In this document: positions 37,201 to 47,988 of the stretch, in pieces | Layout of the letters: every line of letters begins with the position of its first letter | Position numbering within the stretch: position 1 is the stretch's first letter | Assembly (NCBI GenBank): GCA_010909165.1 | Contig: MU008168.1 | Location: 1 to 64,000 of the forward strand | Direction: 5' to 3' | From: Anthoceros angustus | Taxonomy: Eukaryota > Plantae > Anthocerotophyta | DNA length: 64,000 bases | Notes under the pieces: model-generated | Seen by the model: the letters and a program-made list of their open reading frames with translations, nothing else | The model's database searches: none | What the model was told of the DNA's origin: nothing | Made by a program: the position numbers and the translations under genes

Positions 37201-39489
37201 TAGAGTGATGCCTTCTTCTTGCATAGCACTGTACAGATGAAGGGCTTCCTGACCCATGCCCCGTTGGGAATATCCTGCTATCATGGCAGTCCACATCACC
37301 TCATTTTTTTCACGAAATCCATGAAACACTCTCTGAGAGTCTTCCAAGCTGCCACACTTTGCATACATGTTCACAAGACTGCTGGCTACGAATACATCAG
37401 CATCGTGTCCTAGTTCTCTAATTTGCATATGAAGCTGCTTCCCCTTCTCCAATGCTGGAGTGCCCACACTAGCACATGCCTGCAGGACGCACACAAATGT
37501 CACTGGATTCGGTACCACCAAGCCCTCTTCTTGCATAGCACTGTAAAGTTGAAGGGCTTCAAGGCCCATGCCCTGCTGCGAATATCCTGCTATCATGGCA
37601 GTCCAAGTCACCTCATCTTTCGTACCGAGTCCATCAAACACTCTCTGCGCATCAGCCAAGCTGCCACACTTTGCATACATATTTACCAAACTGTTGGCTA
37701 CAAACACATCAGCTTCAAATCCTCGTTCCCGTATCTCGGTATGAAGACGCTTGCCCTTCTCCAATGCCGTGTTGCCCACGCTTGCGCACCCCTGCAGGAG
37801 GCATGCAAATGTCACAAGATTTGGTACAGCAATGCCTTCTTCCTGCATAGCGCTGTAGAGGTGAAGGGCCTCCTGCCCCATTCCCTGCTGTGAATATCCT
37901 GCTATCATAGTGTTCCACGTGACTACATCTTTTTGAGCAAGCCCATCAAACACTCTTTGTGCATCTTCCAGACTACCACACTTTGCATACATATTGACCA
38001 AGCTGTTGGTTACAGTGACATCAGCTTCAAATCCTTGTGCTCTAATCTGGGCATGAATCTGCTTCCCGTTATCCAATGCCAGCGTGCTGACACCTGCACA
38101 TGCCTGCAAGAGGCATACAAACGTCACGGCATCAGGTGCAGGCGTGCCTTCTTCTTGCATACCACAGTACAGACGAAGGGCTTCCTGTCCCATGGCCTGT
38201 TGGGAATAGCCTGCAATCATTGCATTCCATGTCACCACATTTTTCTTAACAAGCCCATCAAACACCCTGCGCGCATCTTCCAAGCTGCCACATTTTGCAT
38301 ACATGCTCACCAAGCTGTTGGCTACAAACAGATCAGCTTGATATCCTTGTTCTCTTATTAGCCTATGGAGATGCTTCCCCTTCTCCAATGCTGGGGTACC
38401 CACCCTTGCACATGCCTGCAGGAGGCACACAAATGTCACGGAATTGGGTACAGTCATGCCTTCAGCTTCCATAGCACTGTAGAGGAGAAGAGCCTCCTGC
38501 CCCAGGCCCTGACGGGAATATCCTGCTATCATAGCAGTCCAGGTCACCACATTTTTGTGACCCAGTCCGGCAAACACTTTCCGAGCGTCTTCCAAGCTAC
38601 CGCACTTAATATACATGGTCACCAAGGAATTACAGAGCAGCAAATCAGGAACAACGCCACTGGCCAACACATCAGCATGCACCTGCTGCCCGGTTTCCAG
38701 GTCTGACTCCCGTCCACAAGCCTGAAGGGCTGCCATAAAGACATGCCCATCCGGCTTCACACTCGACCTCCGCATCTGATGGTATAGTTCTATGGCCTTC
38801 TTGTCTTGTCCGTATTTAACATGGGCGGAAATTATAGCAGACCACGTGAAGGCATCTGGTTTTGCAACCACTTCAAACACGTCCATCGCGTCTTGCAACC
38901 TGCCATGAGAAGCATACATTCGCAGGATGTGGAAGCCCAGGAACGTGTCTGACTGGTGCCCGCTAACAACCGTGACAGAGTGGACGCGGCGACCCAGAAC
39001 AAGATCCTTCTTGGCTACACATTTACTTAACACCCTGTAAACCAGAGATTTGGAAATGCAGCAGTCTGTCTGCACCAGAAGCTCCAATGCCTCCACAGCC
39101 TCAGCGAGATGCCCCTCACGACAGAGCTTGCTCACTGTTACAGCCGTTACGCCGCGATCATCACCTGCAGGTCTTCCGGGGCCAGGATCTTCCGGCAAGC
39201 TCCTGCCGATCGCAGCAAGCTGCGCATCCATCCAACCCGCCTTGTAGAAATTGTTGAACCAGAGGACCTCCCGGAACTGCTTGTTCCGGAAGTCCGTCGA
39301 GTGGTCCTGGAAATGCTGTCGCCACAAATTCTCCAGCCGAAGGCTCTGGCTGGAACATCCGCCTCCAGCCAGACATTCTCCTGGACGCCCGGGCTGTCTC
39401 ACAAGGAACCTGTACCAACCCAATTGCTTGTGCGCCAACGGTGAAGTCAGGCGACCGGAACATCTTCCTACAGTACCCAAAAAATGCAT
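34257..39489 (-). CDS. PPR-1: PLS-class PPR editing factor with E1/E2 and PG(WW) box, no intact DYW. Split here by an internal duplication; ~1336 aa if collapsed
   Basis: ORFs 36070-39489 and 34257-35690; 104-aa P-L-S triplets; C-terminus AAAYVLMSNIY..WKQPGQSWWTDKEGVVHRF. Confidence 0.9.
35068..37525. repeat. Tandem duplication of four PLS triplets inside PPR-1 (1222-bp copy and 1236-bp copy)
   Basis: TCTTCTTGCATAGCACTGTA at 35068, 36290 and 37526. The left copy lacks 14 bp in six small deletions, mostly in homopolymers. Confidence 0.9.
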
Positions 39490-39559
39490 GGTCCAGCAAA
39501 CGGGTCATGCCTGCTGTTGCATCCATAAATGACAGCGTAATCCGAGTCCTGGCAACCCA

Positions 39560-42500
39560 TTGCAATCTCCGGGCTTACACTTGAGTCAGGCAGCAACTGG
39601 TAACAGGACCAGCTGGGGGGAACAGCTTTGGTGGACCGGGCAAGCCAGTTTCGGTGGCTTTACGGGGATTCTAGAGCAAGCTCCCAATCGCCTGACTTCA
39701 TGGAACAAGTCATCGGCGACCAAGGAAGCCGCGAGGTTCAGTGCCTTTGCAAGAAACCCAGCTTTGGACATAGGATGTCTGGCTGGAGAGAGATTTTCCA
39801 GCGACTGCTGTTTGCAGGATGGTACACTTCGGTGTGGCAGCAGGCGAGCGCGGAATGAGAAGAGCAGGGGGTGGCTTGGCTGTCGCCACAGGTTCTACAA
39901 GTCAGCTCGGGTGGATGCGCAGCTTGATTGTCTGGATTTGGAGATGGGTCCCGGTGCCTGGAGCTGGCCGCATGATCGTGGCCCTGGAGGTCCTGCGGGA
40001 TATGAAAGGGGCGTGACGGCTGACATTGTGAGCACCTTGTGTCGTGAGGGCTGTCTCGCTGAGGCTGTGGAGGCTTTGGGAGTGCTGGTGCAGACGGACC
40101 GTTGTGTGTCCAAAGCTCTTTTTTATACTGTCTTGAAGAACTGTGTTGTGGAGAAGGATCTTGTTGTCGGTCGCCGCGTTCATGCTTACGCGGTGAAAGG
40201 GGGTTATGAGTCGGACACGTTCTTTGGCAACCACATTCTGAGAATGTATGCTTCTCTTGGTAGGCTGCAAGACGCGATGGATGTGTTCACCATGGTTGCG
40301 GAGCCGGATGCCTTCATGTGGTCTTCCATCATTTCTGCGCATGTGAAACACGGACAAGAGACACAGGCTATACAACTATATCATCGGATGTGCAGGGCAG
40401 CTGTGAAGCCAGATGGCTACGTATTTGTGGCAGCCCTTCAGGCTTGTGCACGAGGATCTGACTTGAAAACCGGGCAGCAGGTGCATGCTGATATCTTGGC
40501 TGCTGGAGTTGAGTCTGATTTGTTCGTTTCTAGCTGCTTGGTGGACATGTATGCCAAGTGTGGCAGCTTGGCAGAAGCACAGACTGTGTTTGACGGACTC
40601 GGTCAGAAAAATGTGGTAACTTGGAATGCAATGATGGCAGGTTATTCCCAGCAGGGCAAGGGGCATGAGGCCCTTCGTCTGTATAGGGGTATGCAAGAGG
40701 AAGGCATCTCAGTTCCCAATTCCGTCACATTTGTGTGCCTGCTGCAGGCATGTGCGGGTGTGGGCACGTCACTTTTGGGGATGGGGAAGCAGCTTCACTC
40801 ACAAGTAAGAGAACAAGGACATGATGCTGATGTGGTCGTAGCTAACAGTTTGGTGAACATGTATGCAAAGTGTGGCAGCCTCGAGGATGCTCAGGACGTG
40901 TTTGACGGACTTGGTCAAAAAGATGTAGTGTCGTGGAATGCCTTGATAGCAGGGTACTCCCAGCAGGGGATGGGCCGGGAAGCCCTTCGGCTCTACACTG
41001 CTATGCTAGAAGAAGGCGTCACTGTACCGAGTTCCGTGACGTTTGTGTGCCTCCTGCAGGCATGTGTGAGCGTGGGCACCCCAGTGGCATTGGAGAAGGG
41101 GAAACAGCTCCATAGACATATTAGAGAACAAGGATACGAAGCTGATGCCTTTGTGGCCAACAGTCTGGTGAACATGTATGCAAAGTGTGGCAGCTTGCAC
41201 GACGCGCAAGTAGTGTTTGATAGTCTTGGCCAAAGGGATGTGGTGACATGGACTGTGCTAATTGCAGGATACTGTCAGGAGGGCTTAGGCCAGGAAGCCC
41301 TTAGTCTCTACAGTGCCATGCAAGAGGAAGGCATGGTTGTACCTGATTGTGTGACTTTTGTGTGCCTCCTGCAGGCATGTGCCACTGTGGGCCCCTCAGC
41401 TCTAGAGAAGGGGACACACCTTCATGCAGAGATTAGAAAACAAGGACACCACGCCGACGCAACTGTGGCGAACAGTCTGATAAATATGTATGCAAAGTGT
41501 GGCAGTGTAGACGACGCGCAGAAAGTGTTTGACGAACTTAGTCAAAAGGGTGTGGTGATGTGGAATGCTATCATAGCAGGGTATTGCCAGCAGGGCAGGA
41601 GCCATGAAGCCATTCAACTCTTCAGGGCTATGGAAGATGAAGGCACGGCCATACCAGATTCTGTGACATTTGTGTGCCTCCTGCAGGCATGTGCAAGTGT
41701 GGGCACGCAAGCAATGGAAATGGGGAAGCAGCTTCATAGACAAATAAGAGAAGGAGGACATCAACATGACTTGTTTGTAGCAAACAGTTTGATAAACATG
41801 TACGCAAAGTGCGGTAGCTTGCATGATGCTGAAGGGGTGTTTGAGGGACTTGGTCAGAAAGATGTCGTGACATGGAATGCCATGATAGCAGGGTATTCCC
41901 AGCTGGGCATGGGCCAGGAAGCCCTTCATCTCTACAATGCTATGGAAGAAGAAGGCATCACTGTACCCGATTCCGTGACATTTGTGTGCCTCCTGCAGGC
42001 ATGTGCAAGCGTGGGCACCCTTGCCTTGGAGAAAGGGAAGCAGCTTCATACACAAATCAGAGAACGAGGACTCCATGCTGATTCGTTTGTAGGGAACAGT
42101 TTGGTGCACATGTATGCAAAGTGTGGCAGCTTGGTAGACGCTCAGAGCGTGTTTGACAGCCTTGGTCAAAAGGATGTGGTGACGTGGACCGGGCTAATTG
42201 GAGGATATTCTCAGCAGGGAATGGGCCAGGAAGCCCTTTCTCTTTACAGTGCTATGCAAGCAGAAGGCATAGTTGTAACTAATCCCGTGACGTTTGTGGG
42301 TCTCCTGCAGGGATGTGCAAATGTAGCAGGTCTACGTATGGGAAGGCTGCTACATGCACAGATTGAAGAACAAGGGCTTCAAGCTGACGTGTTTGTTGCA
42401 GGCAGTTTGATAAACATGTATGGTAAGTGTGGGTGCATGGCTGATGCACAGCAGGTGTTTGATTCATTGCCTCACAGAGATGTTGTCGTCTGGAGTGCAC

Positions 42501-43237
42501 TGATTGCAGGCCACACTTGTCAAGGAGACAGTGAAGTGGTTTTCGACCTGGTCGAGAGAATGAGAGAGGATGGCATACAGCCAGTTACCATCACATTCGT
42601 TAGTGTCCTAACAGTATGCAGTTATGCGGGTCTAGTGGACAGAGGAAGGGCTTATTTTGAGGCTATGAGCAGACACTACGGCATCACCCCTACAGTGGAG
42701 CACTACACATGCATGGTAGATCTCCTGGGCCGTGCAGGCAGACTGGATGAGGCACTAGCTTTGATAAGGATAATGCCTGTCCCGGCTGATGTTGCAGTTT
42801 GGCACACTTTGTTGGGTGCTTGTCGTACCTGTAGCAACGTGGAGGTGGGACGCCATGCTTTTGACCAAATACTGAAGTTAGATAACAAAAATGCAGCAGC
42901 TTATGTTGTAATGTCGAGCATATACACCAGTTCAGAAATGTGGGAGCAGGCAGAGGAGATGCAGGCTAGGAGAGCAAGAATCGGGGCATGGAAGCAGGCG
43001 GGTCAGAGCTGGTGGATAGACATGGACGGGCTGGTGCATAGTTTTGTGGTTGGGGAGCAGAAGCGTCCCAAGATTCAAGGGGCCAAACCAACTACATCTG
43101 CATATCTTTGGGCCTGGGGTTTAGAGATCCACTTCAGTAATGCATGGCATGCTGCGTTCTGCAAAGTGCCATGCCACATGCATAATGTCGAATTGAGACG
43201 ACCTAATGGATGTGAGCTAGGATCAATTGTTGTGTAA
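39560..43237 (+). CDS. PPR-2: PLS-class PPR with E1/E2 and WW box, no DYW; start codon uncertain (first in-frame ATG at 39944)
   Basis: 1225-codon ORF with PLS triplets; AWKQAGQSWWIDMDGLVHSFVVG followed by a non-DYW tail. Confidence 0.88.
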   Translation: MQSPGLHLSQAATGNRTSWGEQLWWTGQASFGGFTGILEQAPNRLTSWNKSSATKEAARFSAFARNPALDIGCLAGERFSSDCCLQDGTLRCGSRRARNEKSRGWLGCRHRFYKSARVDAQLDCLDLEMGPGAWSWPHDRGPGGPAGYERGVTADIVSTLCREGCLAEAVEALGVLVQTDRCVSKALFYTVLKNCVVEKDLVVGRRVHAYAVKGGYESDTFFGNHILRMYASLGRLQDAMDVFTMVAEPDAFMWSSIISAHVKHGQETQAIQLYHRMCRAAVKPDGYVFVAALQACARGSDLKTGQQVHADILAAGVESDLFVSSCLVDMYAKCGSLAEAQTVFDGLGQKNVVTWNAMMAGYSQQGKGHEALRLYRGMQEEGISVPNSVTFVCLLQACAGVGTSLLGMGKQLHSQVREQGHDADVVVANSLVNMYAKCGSLEDAQDVFDGLGQKDVVSWNALIAGYSQQGMGREALRLYTAMLEEGVTVPSSVTFVCLLQACVSVGTPVALEKGKQLHRHIREQGYEADAFVANSLVNMYAKCGSLHDAQVVFDSLGQRDVVTWTVLIAGYCQEGLGQEALSLYSAMQEEGMVVPDCVTFVCLLQACATVGPSALEKGTHLHAEIRKQGHHADATVANSLINMYAKCGSVDDAQKVFDELSQKGVVMWNAIIAGYCQQGRSHEAIQLFRAMEDEGTAIPDSVTFVCLLQACASVGTQAMEMGKQLHRQIREGGHQHDLFVANSLINMYAKCGSLHDAEGVFEGLGQKDVVTWNAMIAGYSQLGMGQEALHLYNAMEEEGITVPDSVTFVCLLQACASVGTLALEKGKQLHTQIRERGLHADSFVGNSLVHMYAKCGSLVDAQSVFDSLGQKDVVTWTGLIGGYSQQGMGQEALSLYSAMQAEGIVVTNPVTFVGLLQGCANVAGLRMGRLLHAQIEEQGLQADVFVAGSLINMYGKCGCMADAQQVFDSLPHRDVVVWSALIAGHTCQGDSEVVFDLVERMREDGIQPVTITFVSVLTVCSYAGLVDRGRAYFEAMSRHYGITPTVEHYTCMVDLLGRAGRLDEALALIRIMPVPADVAVWHTLLGACRTCSNVEVGRHAFDQILKLDNKNAAAYVVMSSIYTSSEMWEQAEEMQARRARIGAWKQAGQSWWIDMDGLVHSFVVGEQKRPKIQGAKPTTSAYLWAWGLEIHFSNAWHAAFCKVPCHMHNVELRRPNGCELGSIVV

Positions 43238-44311
43238 CATACTGATTTGAATCTGATACGTAGGTATTGTCGAAGATACTCTGAGTACCAATTCCATTAG
43301 GAGGCCAGTAGTAAGAAGGCCTGTCCGCCACGCTGAATTGGTATACTGATGATGATAATGTGGGAAGATAATCCTAAACCCTAAACCGCCCAGTCTGAAC
43401 GTTTACAGAAGTCATATAACCCATGTTCCGGAGGGACTATTGAGGACCTGCCTTTAACTAGCAGTCGCCGACCGGTTGTATCGTGTTCGTTGGGAGGAGA
43501 GAAGGTTAGCATCCCCCTCGATAAGGACGGGAAAGGTCTTCGGACCTTCAATGTCAAGGTTAAGGCTCTCCACCTCCGGGTGGATCTCAACCAAATTTTT
43601 TGTGTCCTTTGTAGGACATGAGAGGCGTGGAGCAGGCAGAGGAGATGCAGGCTAGGAGAGCAAGAATCGGGGCATGGAAGCAGGCGGGTCAGAGCTGGTG
43701 GATAGACATGGACGGGCTGGTGCATAGTTTTGTGGTTGGGGAGCAGAAGCGTCCCAAGATTCAAGGGCCAAACCAACTACATCTGCATATCTTTGGGCCT
43801 GGGGTTTAGAGATCCACTTCAGTAATGCATGGCATGCTGCGTTCTGCAAGTGCCATGCCACATGCATAATGTCGAATTGAGACGACCTAATGGATGTGAG
43901 CTAGGATCAATTGTTGTGTAACATACTGATTTGAATCTGATACGTAGGTATTGTCGAAGATATTTGAGTACCAATTCCATTAGGAGGCCAGTAGTAAGAA
44001 GGCCTGTCCGCCACGCTGAATTGGTATACTGATGATGATAATGTGGGAAGATAATCCTAAACCCTAAACCGCCCAGTCTGAACGTTTACAGAAGTCATAT
44101 AACCCATGTTCCGGAGGGACTATTGAGGACCTGCCTTTAACTAGCAGTCGCCGACCGGTTGTATCGTGTTCGTTGGGAGGAGAGAAGGTTAGCATCCCCC
44201 TCGATAAGGACGGGAAAGGTCTTCGGACCTTCAATGTCAAGGTTAAGGCTCTCCACCTCCGGGTGGATCTCAACCAAATTTTTTGTGTCCTTTGTAGGAC
44301 ATGAGAGGCGT
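42943..44311. repeat. Tandem duplication (686 + 683 bp) of the PPR-2 3' end and downstream DNA
   Basis: GGAGC junction at 42943, 43629 and 44312. The second copy has single-base losses (GGGG>GGG, AAA>AA). Confidence 0.92.
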
Positions 44312-44601
44312 GGAGCGGGCTCTTGCAGGTTGCTCGTCCTCACTACAGCGTGACTGACGGCCATAGGCGGTTTCCGAGCGTGTGCATGCACAGGTTGCTC
44401 GTACTCACTGGAGCGTGACTAACGGCCACAGCCGGTATCGGAGCGTGTGCAATATATGATGACCAATGTTCGCTGGAACAGTTCACGACTCAGTGCATGG
44501 GGAAAATGAGTGACAGCCATCTTTAGACGTTCACGGATTCTGGCTTACTTCAGTTCTGGCAGAATTTGTCGAGTGTGCGCCTCACTTCGCGCAAAGCATC
44601 C

Positions 44602-46872
44602 ATGGCGACGGCGTCTGCCCCTGCAATCGGCTTCAATAAGCTTGCGCGCAGTTTCTCCAACAATCTCCCATCGGCGACGCTGCCGAAGCAGCATCACCTG
44701 GGGCTTACGGAGTACATTTTCTTGAGGAATGCCGACAAGATACCGAGCGAGAAAGTAGCGATGGTGGATGGAGTCACTGGGGGCCAGCTTACGTATGGGG
44801 AGCTTAAAGAGCGGGTTGCTGCACTGGCCGCGGCGCTGGCGGACCTTGGAATCACTAAAGGCAGCTATGTATTGCTTCTGTCTTCAAACTGTGTTGAGCT
44901 CGTTGTGATCGTCCTTGCCAGTTTGGCGCTTGGTGCTGTGGTCCTGACTGCAAATTATAACTACCCGGGTGAAGAGCTGGAGAAGCAATTCTTGGATGTC
45001 GATATCAGCTTGTTTTTCAGTACCGCGGAGATTGTCAGCAGGCTGAGATCTGGATCGGCCTTTTTTTCCTCCCTGAAGACAGTGTTAATCGATGGAGAGG
45101 AAGGAACTGGACATGCGGACCTCTTGTTGTCGAATTTGTTTGCCTCCCGACAGGTGCCAGTGCCGCCGGCGCCGGTGCCTGAGGTGGCTCAGGATGATCC
45201 TGCGCTGGTGATGTTCTCTTCTGGTCCGATGGGACTGAGTAAACGAGTTGTTCTCACGCACCGCAACCTTATAGCTTGTGTGACTATCTATTGCGACAAT
45301 CCATTGAGTGAAGGTTCGGAGGATGATGTGGAGATCTGCGTGATTCCTCAGTTTCAGCTGTATGGCCTTGTGGTGCTCACTTTCACGTGCCTACTGAGGA
45401 GAAATACAGTGGTCATCCTTCCCAAGTACACTACTGCAGGGGACCTTCTGGAGGCTGTCCGCAAGTACAGCGTCACGATTTTGGATGCCTCGCCTGGGAT
45501 TCTGACGCAGATCATGAACAAGCATGGTGAAGTATTCGGACAATACGAATCGGACCTGGGATGTTTGAAGAAGATGAGGACCGCCGGTGTACCAATGGAT
45601 CGAGACACCATCATGAAGTGGGTTCAGTTCGCACCTCGACTGAAAGTGTTGCCGGTACAGCCAAAGCATTTGAACCTTGGGCGTCCGAACATGGCAGGTA
45701 TAGCAAAATCTCCCTCTGATGAGGTGGAATGCTAACTTATGAATGTCTTGCTCAGGGGTATGGCCGCTGTACTGAGACGACAGCAATGGGTGCAACATTT
45801 CCCGTATCAGACTACGACCCTGCGAAGAACTTCCATGCAGGAACCACAGGCATTTTGACTATGAACACGCAAGGAAAAATTTTACAGCAGCTTTCAGACC
45901 AGTTTCTGCCGACTTCAATGCTGGGGGAGCTGCATCTGCGTAATCCCGATGCAATGGCAGGTAATGTGGGGGTTAATCCGTCAATTCATGTCTCGTGCTG
46001 CTACGAGTGACTAGTAGTACGATGTCTCTCATTGTTGTAGGATCATTGTAGACGTTGGTCCGATAGGAGAACGTGCTAACACGACCCTGAACGTAGGTTA
46101 TTTCAAGGATCCGGTAGCAACTGCGAAGGCCATAGACGAGGAGGGTTGGTTCAACACAACAGATATCGCATGGTTCAGCGAGAAAGGTTACCTTTATGTC
46201 AGAGAGATCAACTCTGACAAACACTCCAAGGTACCGTGGTCGTCGTGTTGCAGTAGAGTTAGTGAGTATTCCTGTAGCACTTTTTTTTCACAGCCAGCCT
46301 TCACTGCTTCCAGTTTACAGCTGCCTCTAGGCAGCTTGAAGATGTGTTACGGAAACATCGACAAATCCAGGACGCTGTTGTGATATTGTAAGTGCTGTCA
46401 GAGACTTGCTGAACGTCTTTCAGCTGCTCTTTAGAAATTTGCTGCACCTGAGGAACGTAGCAGTATTTCAACTTTAAGAGACCTCAAGGTATGGCTCCTG
46501 TACTTTTGTGGCAGTCACACTGATGAGATCGAAGTCGAAATATACCCAATAGCATTTGTACAAAACCTGCCCGGCGCTCTTCTGAATGAAAAGGATGTGA
46601 GGAAGCACATTGACGCCACAGTTAGTAAGGTAAGTATTGAGTAGTCGTGCACGGCATTAACGCTCCTGCATATTAGCCACTAACCCACGCTGGGTGCATC
46701 TTATTATCCGTGACAGATGCACAAGGACACATTTCGGACAGTTTATAAGGTCAAGTTCCTTGACCACATCCCCCACCTGCCTCGAGGATTGAAGCTGCAA
46801 CAGATTCTCTTCAAGCTGGCACAACCTGATGGATCAGAGGTGGATGATCCGGTGCCGTTATCCAGCCTCTGA
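44602..46872 (+). CDS. 4-coumarate:CoA-ligase-like / OPCL-type adenylate-forming protein, ~578 aa, C-terminal SSL (PTS1), with degenerate catalytic motifs; exons 44602-45654, 45756-45960, 46097-46230, 46314-46387, 46515-46629, 46717-46872
   Basis: LTYGEL..VAALAAAL, QDDPALVMFSSG..SKRVVLTHRNLIA, GYG..TE, GELHLR, GYFKDP.AT..AIDEEGWF, LEDVL..H..IQDAVVI. All GT-AG introns keep frame. Confidence 0.85.
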
Positions 46873-47179
46873 CGTCCAGATGCCAACAATGATGATCGAT
46901 GTAGCGGTCAGTGGTCGTGGGACCAACGCACTGGTGGACTGCTTTCAACGGTGCGAGGCTGGCAGGAGGCAGTATCAACTGGCTGCTAAACTATGTATCT
47001 TGGAACATTTGCAGTCGTGAGTTAGCCGCAGCTCCGAAGGCACAGAGGCTGCACCGACCGTGCTACGTGAGACCCTGGACTGCCTCGGGACAGCAATGGC
47101 TTTTCTTCCTCGAGCTTTCCCCGAGCATGGATCAGCAAGTTGAGAACTTGATTACCCTACAAGGTTCAAAGTTTCCTCA

Positions 47180-47900
47180 GTCCCGGCTCATTGGGTGCAA
47201 ACAGCGCAGGCTTCTCACAAACGTTGTGACAATTCACCGTCTTTACATATCGTTCTTTCAGCATTTCGGTGCTTAGCATCCCCAAACGAAATCTATGCAC
47301 CTGCCCGTCCATGCCTGTCCACCACCTCTGACCCGGCTGCTTCCATCCCCTGAATCTCATCCTCCTGGCCTGCTCCCACGTTTGGGCCCCGGTGTAAATG
47401 TACGACATCAACACATACGCTGCGTCGTCTTGTTTGTCCACCTCCTTGCCTGGTCGAAAGCGTGGCTCCACTTTCGACAAGCACCCAACAAAGTGCAGCA
47501 TTCCACGTTGCCACACCTTTGTCATCAAGTGCGTCAAGTGCTTTCTGAGCATGCTTCGGGATCCCACACTTCGCATACATGTTTACCCGACTGTAGGCTA
47601 CAGACCTATCGGCTTGATGTCCTTTCTGTGCAATTCGAGCGTAAACTTCTTTCCCCTTAAAGCTGGGTTGCCAAGGCTAGTACATGCCTGCAGGAGGGCC
47701 ACAAACATCACTCCATCGGGCTCAGCTCAGCCATGTCACCATATTTTTTTGACCTAGTCCCGGAAACACTCTTTGTGCGTCTTCCAAGCTTCCGCACTTT
47801 GCATACATGTCCGGCAAACCGTTTGCTACAAGTACATCAGCTTGATGTCCGTGTTCTCTTAATTGTGAGTGTAGCTACTTTCCCATTTCTAGGCCTATCT
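47180..47900 (-). pseudogene. Degenerate PPR pseudogene fragment (S/P motifs, E2, WW box, DYW relic)
   Basis: MYAKCG..VATWNA, DAAYVLMSYIY..WKQPGQRWWTGMDGQVHRF..MLKERYV..CEKPALFAPNEPG. Many deletions and frameshifts. Confidence 0.85.
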
Positions 47901-47988
47901 AGCCTAGGCTATCACGCGCAAGTTGTCTATATTCACAGATGTGTCTGCTTACTCTGCCGGTACTGCCCTTGTTTCAGCTGAGACGCTT

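Noticed and set aside
36070-39489. Treating ORF pairs 36070-39489 / 34257-35690 (and 53319-56195 / 56308-58425) as separate genes
   Set aside because: Each pair is one gene interrupted by frameshifts inside a duplicated block.
44325-44452. ~65-bp two-copy repeat upstream of the 4CL-like gene as a regulatory RNA
   Set aside because: Simple diverged direct duplication with no evident hairpin or known RNA motif.
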